From: Anaeramoeba ignava BMAN
Taxonomy: Eukaryota > Protista > Anaeramoebae
DNA: 64,000 bases
Direction: 5' to 3'
NCBI GenBank assembly: GCA_028826165.1
Contig: JAPDFW010000014.1
Span: forward strand, 16,475 to 80,474
Shown: positions 1 through 12,146 of the stretch, in pieces
Position numbering within the stretch: the stretch's first letter is position 1
Layout of the letters: the number at the start of each line of letters is the position of its first letter
The notes under the pieces: model-generated
What the model was told of the DNA's origin: nothing
Databases searched by the model: none
The model's input: only the letters and a program-made list of their open reading frames with translations
Position numbers and translations under genes: made by a program

Positions 1-530
1 ATATTTTATTTATTTTCAATTTGAATTTAAAAATATTGAAATTAAATAAATTAAAATTATTAAAAATAATGAAAAAATTAAATCAAAAATTAATCAAAAT
101 ATAAATTATTTTTATAAAGAAAATATTAATTTTTAGATAAATAATAAATTAATATATTTAAATATTTTATTTATTTTTAATTTGAATTTAAAAATATTGA
201 AACTAAATAAATTAAAATTATTTTAAATCAAAAATTAATCAAAATCATAAATTATTTTATAAAGAAAATATTAATTTTTAGATAAATAATAAATTAATAT
301 ATTTAAATATTTTATTTATTTTTAATTTGAATTTAAAAAATAATGAAACTAAATAAATTAAAATTATTAAAAATAATGAAAAAATTAAATCAAAAAATTA
401 ATCAAAATATAAATTATTTTATAAAGAAAATATTAATTTTTAGATAAATAATAAATTAATATATTTAAATATTTTATTTATTTTCAATTTGAATTTAAAA
501 AATATTGAAACTAAATAAATTAAAATTATT
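1..530. repeat. AT-rich tandem repeat, unit about 146-161 bp, about 3.3 copies visible (runs off the window edge)
   Basis: ATATTTTATTTATTTT recurs at about 1, 162, 308 and 469 with the intervening sequence conserved. Confidence 0.85.
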
Positions 531-614
531 AAAGGAAAATTTTTTTTTTCAATTTAAATTTTTCATTTTTTTTTTGATTAAAAAAAATTTAATAAAGAAA
601 ATAAAAAGAAAAAG

Positions 615-2881
615 ATGAAAAAATTAGAAATTAAAACACCAACACCAACAGATATTGAAATATCACAATCAAGTGAATTATTAACAATAGAAGAATTAAG
701 TAAAGAAATTGGATTATTATCAAATGAATATGAAATACATGGAAAATATCGAGGAAAAATAACACTTGAAGTTTTAGAAAGATTAAAAAATCAAGAAAAT
801 GGAAATTATGTTTTAGGTTTTTATTATTTTTTAAATTGATTTAAATTTATTATTTTTAATTGATTTGATTATTTTTAAATTGATTTGATTTAAAGTTACT
901 GGTATTAATCCTACTTCTTTTGGTGAAGGAAAAACTACTACTTCTCTTGGTTTATCTCAAAGTTTAGGTGCTCATTTAAATAAAAAAGTTTTTACTTGTT
1001 TAAGATGTCCTTCAAGAGGTTTTTATCATTTAAATAAAAATAAAAATCAAAATCAAAATTTAAAATTAAAATTAAAATTAAAATCAAAATCAAAATCAAA
1101 ATCAAAATTTAAAATTAAAATTAAAATCAAAATTAAAATCAAAATCAAAATCAAAATCAAAATCAAAATTAAAATTAAAATCAAAATTAAAATTAAAATT
1201 AAAATCAAAATTAAAATCAAAATTAAAATCAAAATCAAAATTAAAATTAAAATTAAAATCAAAATTAAAATTAAAATCAAAATCAAAATCAAAATTAAAA
1301 TCAAAATTAAAATTAAAATCAAAATTAAAATTAAAATCAAAATTAAAAATCAAAATCAAAATCAAAATCAAAATTAAAAATCAAAATCAAAATTAAAATC
1401 AAAATCAAAATAAAAATCAAAATTAAAATTAAAATTAAAATTAAAATTAAAATCTAAAATCAAAATTAAAATCAAAATCAAAATTAAAATTAAAATCAAA
1501 ATCAAAAATTAAAATCAAAATCAAAATTAAAAATCAAAATTTAAAATTAAAATTAAAATCAAAATTAAAATCAAAAATCAAAAATTAAAAAGAATTAAAA
1601 TCAAAATCAAAATCAAAATCAAAATTAAAATCAAAATTAAAAATCAAAATTAAAATTAAAAATCAAAATCAAAATCAAAAATCAAAATTAAAAATCAAAC
1701 AAAAATCAAAATTTAAAATTAAAATCAAAATCAAAATCAAAATCAAAATCAAAATCAAAACTAAAATTAAAATCAAAATTAAAATCAAAATCAAAATTAA
1801 AATTAAAATCAAAATTAAAAATCAAAAATTAAAATCAAAATTAAAATCAAATTAAAAATCAAAATCAAAAATTAAAATCAAAATTAAAATCAAAATCAAA
1901 ATTAAAATCAAAATCAAAATTTACTAAAATCAAAATTAAAATCAAAATTAAAATCAAAATTAAAAATCAAAATCAAAATCAAAATCAAAATCAAAATTAA
2001 AATCAAAAATTAAAATTAAAATTAAAATCAAAATCAAAATTAAAATCAAAATCAAAAATCAAAATCAAAATCAAAATCAAAATCAAAATCAAAATTAAAA
2101 TTAAAATCAAAATCAAAATCAAAATTAAAATCAAAATCAAAATCAAAATTAAAATCAAAATCAAAATTAAAATTAAAATCAAAATAAAAATCAAAATTAA
2201 AAATTAAAATCAAAATTAAAATTAAAATAAAAATCAAAATTAAAATTAAAATCAAAATTAAAATCAAAATTAAAATCAAAATTAAAATCAAAATTAAAAT
2301 CAAAATCAAAATCAAAATTAAAATTAAAATTAAAATCAAATTATTAGGACCAACATTTGGAATAAAAGGAGGAGCATCAGGAGGAGGTTTTTAATTCAAA
2401 AAGAAAAAGAAAAAGAAAAGAAAATAATAACAAATAATAATTGAAAATAAAATAAAAAATAAACAGGATATTCACTTGTTGTTCCAATGGATGAATTTAA
2501 TTTATTTCTTCCAGATATAGATGCAGTTTCAATAGCAAATAATTTATGTGCTGCAGCGATTGATACAAGAATGTTTCATGAAAGTTATCAAAAAGATATA
2601 GATTTATTTAATAGATTATGTCCTAAAGATAAAAATGGAAACAGATTATTTACTAAATCAATGTTAATAAGATTGAAAAAACTTGGAATTGAAAAACAAA
2701 AACCAGAAGATTTAACAGATTTAGAAATTAATCAATTTTGTAGATTAAATATTGATCCTCAAACTATAACTTGGAAAAGAGTTGTTGATGTTAGTGATAG
2801 ATATCTTAGAAAAATTACAGTTGGTCAATCTCAAACAGAAAAAGGAAGAATTCGTGAAACTGGGTAGATTATTTATTTATT

Positions 2882-2915
<34 letters not shown>

Positions 2916-5900
2916 AATTTTACATTTAATTAAGAAAGGAAATCAATTTATAAAATATTAATGAAATGAATTTATAAAATATCAAGGAAATGAATTTATA
3001 ATTAATTTATAAAATATTAAAGAAATTAATTTATAAAATATCAAAGAAATGAATTTATTTGAAATTAATTTATAAAATATTAAAGAAATGAATTTATAAT
3101 TAATTTATAAAATATTAAAGAAATGAATTTATTTGAAATTAGTTTATAAAATATCAAAGAAATGAATTTATAATTAATTTATAAAATATCAAAGAAATGA
3201 ATTTATTTGTAATTAATTTATAAAATATTAAAGAAATGAATTTATTTATAATTAATTTATAAAATATTAAAGAAATGAATTTATTTAAAATTAATTTATA
3301 AAATATTAAAGAAATGAATTTATTTGAAATTAATTTATAAAATATTAAAGAAATGAATTTATAAAATATTAAAGAAATGAATTTATAAAATATTAAAAAA
3401 ATTTTGAATATTAAATATTAATAGTTTTGATATTGCTGTAGCATCTGAAGTTATGGCTATTCTTGCACTTGCTAATTCTTTACAAGATTTAAGAGAAAGA
3501 ATAGGAAGAATTGTTGTTGCAAGAGATAAAGATTCAAGACCAGTATTTAATCAAAAAAAAATAATTTAGAAAAAGGAAAAGAAACTGAAAAAGAAAATAT
3601 TTATTTTTTATCCGATTTTAATAAAAATAATAATAAGGTTACAACAGAAGATTTAGGAGTAGCAGGAGCAATGACAGTATTACTTAAAGATGTTATTAAA
3701 CCTAATTTAATGCAAACAATTGAAAAAACACCAGTTTTAGTTCATTCAGGACGTAAAATATTAAAATATTCAAATATTCAAATATTCAAAAAAATAATTG
3801 ATTTTGATTTTGATTTTGATTTATTTATTTTGATTTAGCATTTGCAAATATTGCTCATGGAAATTCTTCAATAATTGCAGATAAAATTGCATTAAAACTT
3901 GTTGGAAAAGATGGATATGTTGTTACAGAAGCAGGATTTGGAGCAGGTAGATTAAAAAAAACACAAATTTTATTTGAAAAGAAAACAAAATTGATATAAA
4001 ATTGATTTAAAATTAATTTAAAATTGATATAAAATTGATATAAAATTGATATAAAATTGATATAAAATTGATATAAAATTGATATAAAATTGATATAAAA
4101 TTGATATAAAATTGATATAAAATTGATATAAAATTGATTTAAAATTGATTTAAAATTGATATAAAATTGATTTAAAATTGATATAAAATTGATTTAAAAT
4201 TGATTTAAAATTGATTTAAAATTGATTTAAAATTAATTTAAAATTGATATAAAATTGATATAAAAATTGATTTAAAATTGATTTAAAATTGATTTAAAAT
4301 TGATTTAAAATTGATTTAAAATTGATTTAAAATTGATTTAAAATTGATTTAAAATTGATTTTAAAATTGATTTAAAATTAATATAAAATTGATTTAAAAT
4401 TAATATAAAATTGATATAAAATTGATATAAAATTGATATAAAATTGATATAAAATTGATATAAAATTGATATAAAATTGATATAAAATTGATATAAAATT
4501 GATATAAAATTGATATAAAATTGATAAAATTAAATTGATTTAAAATTGATATAAAATTGATATAAAATTGATTTAAAATTGATTTAAAATTAATATAAAA
4601 TTGATATAAAAATTGATTTAAAATTAATATAAAATTGATATAAAAAATATAAAATTGATTTAAAATTGATATAAAATTGATATAAAATTGATTTAAAATT
4701 GATTTAAAATTGATTTAAAATTGATTTAAAATTGATTTAAAATTGATTTAAAATTGATATAAAATTTATATAAAATTGATATAAAATTGATATAAAATTG
4801 ATTTAAAATTGATATAAAATTGATATAAAATTGATTTAAAATTGATATAAAATTGATTTAAAAATTGATATAAAATTGATATAATTAAAATTGATTTAAA
4901 ATTGATATAAAATTGATTTAAAATTGATTTAAAATTGATTTAAAATTGATTTAAAATTGATTTAAAATTGATTTAAAATTGATATAAAATTGATATAAAA
5001 TTGATATAAAATTGATATAAAATTGATATAAAATTGATATAAAATTGATATAAAATTGATATAAAATTGATATAAAATTGATTTAAAATTGATTTAAAAT
5101 TGATTTAAAATTGATATAAAATTGATTTAAAATTGATTAAAAATTGATTTAAAATTGATTTAAAATTGATTTAAAAATTGATATAAAAATTGATATAAAA
5201 TTGATATAAAATTGATATAAAATTGATATAAAATTGATATAAAATTGATATAAAATTGATATAAAATTGATATAAAATTGATTAAAAATTGATTTAAAAT
5301 TGATTTAAAATTGATTTAAAATTGATATAAAATTGATTTAAAATTGATATAAAATTGATTTAAAATTGATATAAAATTGATTTAAAATTGATTAAAATTG
5401 ATATAAAATTGATATAAAATTGATTTAAAATTGATATATAAAATTGATTTAAAAAATTGATATAAAATTGATGTAAAATTGATTTAAAATTGATATAAAA
5501 TTGATTTAAAATTGATTTAAAATTGATTTAAAATTGATATAAAATTGATATAAAATTGATATAAAATTGATATAAAATTGATTTAAAATTGATTTAAAAT
5601 TGATTTAAAATTTATATAAAATTGATATAAAATTGATATAAAATTGATTTAAAATTGATTTAAAATTGATATAAAATTGATTTGTAAATTTAAAAAAAAT
5701 ATATATAAAAGATTGTGGAGCTGAAAAATTTTTTAATATTAAATGTAGATCAAGTGGATTAACACCAAATTGTTGTGTAATTGTATGTTCACTTCGAGCA
5801 TTAAAAACACATGGAGGAATACCATTATCTGAATGTAAAAAGCCAAATATTGAAGGAGTTATTAAAGGATGTTCAAATTTAAAACAACATATTGAAAACA

Positions 5901-6551
5901 TATCAAAATTTGGAATACCAACAGTTGTTTGTATTAATCAATTCATCAACGATACAGACGAAGAAATTGCAGCAGTTATTACCGAGGCAAAAAAAGCAGG
6001 AGCATTTGATGCAGTTTCTTCTACTCATTATGCAAGGGGAGGTGAAGGTGCAATTCAGTTAGCAACAAGTGTGATTGAAGCGTGTCAAATGAAAAACAAT
6101 TTCAAGTTTCTTTATGAATTAAATCTTCCAATTAAATCAAAGATTGAGATTATTGCGAAGGAGATTTATCGGGCAGATTCTGTGAAGTATGAAGGAACAA
6201 CTGAGGAAGATATTGAAAATTTTGAGAAAAATGGATTTGGAAATCTTCCAATTTGTATTGCTAAGACTCAGTATAGTTTTAGTCATGATCCTAAACTTTT
6301 GGGTACTCCAAATGGTTTTGTTTTTCCTATTAGAGAGATTAGAGCAAGTATTGGTGCTGGTTTTATTTTCCCTATTTCTGGAGATATTTCAACAATGCCT
6401 GGATTGGTAAAAACTAAATAAAATTTTTTTATCCGATTTTAATTTTAATTTTAATTTATTTTTAATTTTTAATTTTTAATTTTAGCCAACAAGACCTGCT
6501 TATTACGATATTGATATTGATGAAAAAGGAAATATTACTGGACTTTTTTAA
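615..6551 (+). CDS. FTHFS: Formate--tetrahydrofolate ligase (monofunctional FTHFS), 9 exons
   Basis: Exons 615-816, 896-1018, 2348-2386, 2467-2863, 3425-3542, 3638-3752, 3839-3946, 5712-6406 and 6486-6551, all joined by GT-AG introns in consistent phase. The translation has [89 protein letters not shown] and TMPGLPTRPA. Confidence 0.97.
1030..2340. repeat. (AAAATY)n hexamer microsatellite filling FTHFS intron 2
   Basis: Interspersed AAAATC and AAAATT units between the GT at 1019 and the AG at 2346-2347. Confidence 0.95.
2940..3400. repeat. Minisatellite with core AATTTATAAAATATTAAAGAAATG in FTHFS intron 4
   Basis: The core is repeated more than ten times with variable linkers. Confidence 0.85.
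3987..5682. repeat. 11-bp (AAAATTGATWT)n array filling FTHFS intron 7
   Basis: About 1.7 kb of AAAATTGATAT and AAAATTGATTT units. Confidence 0.95.
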
Positions 6552-7500
6552 ATCAAAATTAAATCAAAATTAAATCAAAATAAAATTAAATTAAATCAAA
6601 ATAAAAATTAAAATAAAAATTAAATCAAAATTAAAATTAAAATTAAAATTAAATAAATAAAAATTAAATTTCAAAATTTAAATTAAAAAAAAATTAAATT
6701 AAAATTAAATCAAAAAAATCAAAAATTAAAATTAAATTAAAAATTAAATTAAAATTAAATTAAAAAATTAAATCAAAAATTAAATCAAAATTAAATCAAA
6801 ATTTAAATTAAAATCAAAATTAAATCAAAAAAATAAAATTAAATTAAAATTAAATTAAATTAAAATTAAATTAAAAAATTAAAATTAAATCAAAAAAATT
6901 AAATTAAAATTAAATTAAAATTAAATCGGATAAAAAAACCAAAATTAAATTAAAATTAAATCAAATTAAAAATCAAAATTAAATAAAAAAATAAAAAAAT
7001 TAAAAATTAAAATAAAAAATTAAAATTAAATTAAAATTAAAATTAAAATTAAAATTAAAATTAAATTAAAATTAAATTAAATTAAATTAAAATTAAATTA
7101 AATCCAAAATTAAATTAAATTAAATTAAATTAAAAAATTCAACCGAAAATTAAAATTAAAATTAAATCAAAATTAAATCAAAATTAAAATTTAAATTAAA
7201 TTAAAATTAAAAATCAAAAATCAAAATTAAATCAAAATAAAATTAAAATTAAATTAAAATTAAATTAAAATTAAATTAAAATTAAATCAAAATTAAATCA
7301 AAATTAAAAAAATTAAATCAAAATTAAATAAAAAAAAATTAAAATTAAATTAAAATTAAAATTAAAATTAAATTAAAATTAAATCAAAATTAAATTAAAA
7401 TTAAATTAAAATTAAAATTAAATTAAATTAAAATTAAATTAAAATTAAAATTAAAATTAAAATTAAATTAAAATTAAAATCTAAATTAAAATTAAATAAA
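6552..7500. repeat. (AAAATT/AAATT/AAATC)n low-complexity spacer between the convergent FTHFS and BUD31 genes
   Basis: Seen directly in the sequence. Confidence 0.9.
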
Positions 7501-7628
7501 ATTTTTCATTTTCAAAATAATTTTTTAAATAAATTTAAATTCAAAAATAGTTTTATTATTTAAAATAATAATTAAAATTTTCTAAAAAAAAAATAAACGA
7601 AATAAAAGGAAAGAAGAATAAAAACAAA

Positions 7629-8240
7629 TCAACCACAACCACGACAACCACAATTAAAGCATTGAACAGGTTTTTGAGATTTCCTATCTTTTTTTGGAAC
7701 TCTACAAATACAACAATTACCATGAGTTGTATCACGAGTTTGAATACATTGTAAACAACAAAGCCTTTCAAAACTAAAAATCCAAATTAGAAAATCAAAT
7801 CAAAAGAAAATAATCTCATTGAAAAACTTACCCAGGTTGTTTCCATTTTTCCATAAGAGGTCCATCTGCAATTTTATATTTTACACAATATTCAAATAAT
7901 TCTTTTGATATTTCTTTTTTTTTATAATACATTTCAAAAATATATCTTGATCTTTGATGATTTATTTGGAAAATTGGCCATAAAGCTTCATTCTTTCTTT
8001 TTCCTTGATGAGGTTGAGATTCAGCTTTATTTAAAGAAGAAAAAAAAAATTAAATTAAAAAATTAAATTAAAAAATTTAAATTAAAAAATTTTAAATTAA
8101 AAAATTTAAATTAAAAAATTAAAGTAATTTTTAATTTAAAAATTACCTTCTCGCATTTTTTGGTCAAATTCTTCTATTTTATCTGATATAATTTCCCAAC
8201 CTTTTGGAGGTTTAGTTTTTCTTCTTCTTGCTAAAGACAT
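7629..8240 (-). CDS. BUD31: BUD31/G10 splicing factor, 3 exons
   Basis: Spliced translation [98 protein letters not shown] matches the G10 family over its whole length. Confidence 0.97.
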
Positions 8241-8335
8241 TATTTTTAAAAAAAAAATGAAAAAAAAAATGAATTTAAATTTTTTCATTTTTTTTCATTT
8301 TTTTTCAATTTTTTTAAAAACAAAAACAAAAACAA
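8241..8335. promoter_or_regulatory. 95-bp bidirectional promoter with inverted TTTTCATTTT initiator-like elements
   Basis: Head-to-head ATGs at 8240(-) and 8336(+). The spacer is (AAAAATGAAAA)x2 followed by (TTTTTCATTTT)x2. Confidence 0.7.
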
Positions 8336-11300
8336 ATGACATCAAATCAAAATCAAAATCAAAATCAAAATCAAAATCAAAATCAAAATCAAAGTCAAAA
8401 TTTAATTAGAAAAGTTTCTTCTGAAGAAAAAATAACAACAGAATCTCAAAATTTTTTTAGTAATTTTTTTAATCAAAGAAAAAGTAGAATTTTAAAACAT
8501 TTAGACAGAACTTTAAGTTTTTCAGAACAAACACAAAAAAAAGTAAAATAAATTTTAAATAAAAAAAAATATAAAATTAATTAAATAATTTTATAAATAA
8601 TTTAGACACTTGAAAAATGGGTTCAATTTAATTTAAATGAAAGAAATTTAACTTTTGATGATTTAAAAACAGATTTTCAAGATGGAATTAAATTAATAAA
8701 TCTTCTTGAAGTTTTAAGTGGAAAAACGTAAATAAAATTTAAAATAAAATTTAAATTAAAAAATTAAATTAAAAAATTTAATTAAAAAATTAAATTTAAA
8801 AATTAAATTAAAAAATTAAATTAAAATTTAAATTAAAAAATTAAATTAAAAAATTTAAAGTATTCCAAAATATCAAACAAAACCTACTACAAGAGTACTT
8901 CAATTAGAAAATATTACTCTATGTTTAAATTTAGCAAAATCTATAGGAATTTCTTACTCAATTTGTGCTGAAGATATTCTTGAACAAAATGAAATTTTAA
9001 TTTTAGGAATGATTTGGAATTTTGTTCAATTTTTCTCAATTTATTCATTAATTCCAAACAAAGAAATTAAACCATTAAATTTAATCCTTTTTTGGTGTAA
9101 AAAATGTGCTTCTTCTTTTAAAATTCGTGTTGATAATTTTTCTACAAGGTTTTTATTTTAAAAAATAATTTTTTTATCATTTAATTTAATTTAATTTATT
9201 TTTATTTTTAGTTTTTATGATGGATTTGCTTTTGCTTCAATTATTAAAACTTATTTTCCTGATAAAATTGATTTAAAAAATTTAGATTCTGTAAAAAAAA
9301 ATTTATAAAATAAAATTAATTTAAATTTAAATTTAATTTTATTTAAATTTAAAGAATGAAAATGAAAAAAATGTTAAACAAGTATTTGATATTCTTCAAG
9401 AATTGGGAATACCTCAAATTATTGATATCCAAGAATTTTTAGAACGTAAAACAGATGAAAAATCAATTTTTATTTACATTTCAATTTTATTTCAAAAATT
9501 TGTAAAAAAAGAAGAGGTAAAAAAAAATTAAAAAGAAAAATTATATCTTTTTATACATTTTATTAATATATATATAAAAAGGCAAATAAATTAATTGAAC
9601 AATATAAAGTTAATATAAGAGAAATGAAGAAAAGATTACAAAGAAAAAATTCAGTTGATGATTCTCAAAATATTCAACAAGGAATATCAAAAACAAACAA
9701 ATCACCATCTTTATCAAAAATCAAAGCAGTTAAATTCCAAAATGAAAATCCAGATTTTTCATTAGAACAAATGCATGATAAACATAGAAAAGAAGTACAA
9801 AAAATTGAAAAGGAAAATGAAATGCAAATTTTACAACTTTTTAAACAACTTCAAGAAACACAAAAAAAAATTCAACAAACTCGACTTCAAATTAAAAAAC
9901 AAAAAGAAAGAAAAGGAATCAAATCAAATTTACCTTCAAATCAAGATTTCAATATTAATATTAATATCAATATTGAAAATGAAAATCAAAATGAAAATCT
10001 TCCAGACAAAACGGAAACAATAACTAAGATTGAAAATTTAAAAGAAAACCTAAAAAGTATTGAAAGTGATATAAATTCATCTCAAACCAAATTTAAAAAT
10101 GAAAGTGAGCAATTTGAAGAAAAAATAAAATTGCTTGAAAAAGAAATTTCGGAACATCAAAAAAGCCAAGAAGAAGAACAAAACGAAAAAACAAGTTTAA
10201 TTACAGAGAAAAATCAACTCGAAATTGAATTATCTGTAATGAGAAAAGAATATGAAAAAATGGATGCACGATTACAAAAAATTAGAACAAGAAGATTGAA
10301 ACAAGAAAAACAACTTAAAAAAGTTTCCAAAATTTCACAAAATGAAACCAATTTGAAAATTGAAGAAAAAAATGAAAATTTGAAAAAACAAATTGAGGAA
10401 AATCAATTGGAAATTGATGATTTAATAGATAAAAACAAACAAAAGAAAACAAATCTTGAAAAAAATGTTGTTAAATTGAAAATACTTTGGGAACAAAAAA
10501 GCCTCAAAAATCAAGAACTGAAAAATCAATTAATAGATGATCGAAAAAATTTTGAAAACGAAAGAGTTCTTCTTGAAAAACATGCAGAAAGTTATCAAGA
10601 AAAATTAAATGTTTACACAGAAAAAATATCAAAATTACAGAATAAAAAAAAAGGTATTAAAAACTCAATAAAAGAACTTGAGGTGAAAAAACAAGGAATT
10701 GAAGAGGAAGAGAAACAAATATTGGAAGAACAAAATTTAATTGAAAAAAACATTTTGGGAATTGAAGAAGAAATTAGAAAAAACGAGGAAAAACTTGAGA
10801 AATTAAAGGAAGATAAAGGAAGTGAAATTGATTTGAAAAACGAGGAAATTCATTCGAGTCTTTCAAAAGAACTTGAAGAATTGAAACAAAAAAACAGGGA
10901 TTTAGAAAGGAAAAATAACATGAAACAAAGAAGTCTTAAATTGGAAATTTCAAGAAATGAAGATTTAAAAAACTTGATAGATTTAAATCAGAAATTAGAT
11001 CGAGAACAAATTTCTCAGTTAAAAAACGAAATTTCAAGTTTGAAAATGATGATTAAAAACGATCAAGAAAATTTTCAAAAGCAAATGGAACAAAGACTTT
11101 TAGAACTTCGTAAAATTAATGGGATTCTTATTGATAAAAATGAAAAAATACAATCATTAGAAGATGAGGTTAATGAATTGCAGTTTAAAATTGATAATGA
11201 TAATAAAAGACATGGTAAAGCAATTGTTCAACTTGAAGAGGAAATTGAGAAGGAAAAATTGCAGTCAGAAAAATTAAGCAAAGCAAATTCTGCTTTATCA

Positions 11301-12119
11301 AGAGAATTTGAAGATTCAATTGCAAAATATAGCACTCAAATTGAAATTCTTAAGGAAAGAGTTGATGATATTGAAGAAAATGCTAAAAAAAAGAGGAAAA
11401 ATGCAAAAACTAAACTTATAATTGAAAAAACCTTTGAATTGTCAAGAGAATTGAATTTTGAACAACAAGAATCACAAATCAAACAAGTTCATTCAGATTA
11501 TGATACTTTGTCAAGAATGCTAAATAGCAAAATTCAAGAAATTATTAATAATAAAAAGAAAATTCAAAACGAACAAGAAAATGAGGAAAATATGAGGAAA
11601 TTAATTGAAAATTTTGTGGAAAAAAACAATGAATATATTTTAAGAATCAAAGAACTTGAAGAAACACTTAAAATCAATCATGAGAAAAATAACGAAAATG
11701 AAGAAAAAAATCGATTGTTATCTGAATTAAAAGAAAAAGAAAGTAAATATCAAGATTTATTAAAAGAATTGAAGAAATTGCAATTTGAAGGTGAAATTAA
11801 TAGGCAAGAAAGTATTCGAATTTTAAATCAATTAATTAAAACAAGATTGGAAAATGATTCAAAAGAAAAAGATTTAAATGAAAATGCTCAAAATCAAAAT
11901 TTAAAAGAATTGGTTGAAAAATTAATTAATTCTTTTGCTGATTCTTTAATTCATGTTAAAAAATTAGAAAATGAAAAAACTGAAATTGAAAAAGGAATTC
12001 TTTCTGATGAAGAAATGATAAAAATTCAAAAAATGAATACTTATTCAAAAGAAATTGAAGATGATCAATTTAATTTATTATATGAACTTGAAAGATTAAA
12101 TTTATTAAGTGAAATTTAA
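8336..12119 (+). CDS. Tandem calponin-homology (actinin-type actin-binding) domain protein with a long coiled coil, about 6 exons
   Basis: Spliced 5' exons give QKKTLEKWVQFNL..DDLKTDFQDGIKLINLLEVLSGK..LENITLCL..AEDILEQNEILILGMIW (CH1) and LFWCKK..VDNFSTSFYDGFAFASII..FPDKID..LGIPQIID..DEKSIFIYIS (CH2). The final exon contains the 831-aa E/K-rich ORF. Confidence 0.88.
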
Positions 12120-12146
12120 AAATTTAAAATTAAATAAAAAATTTCT

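Noticed and set aside
1053-2339. ORFs of [16 protein letters not shown] or LINK type here and throughout the ORF track
   Set aside because: They are translations of intronic or intergenic microsatellites, and many lie inside introns whose removal restores conserved proteins.
6549-6552. Stop codon doubling as a UAAA polyadenylation signal
   Set aside because: Only about half of the genes end in TAAA, which base composition alone could explain.
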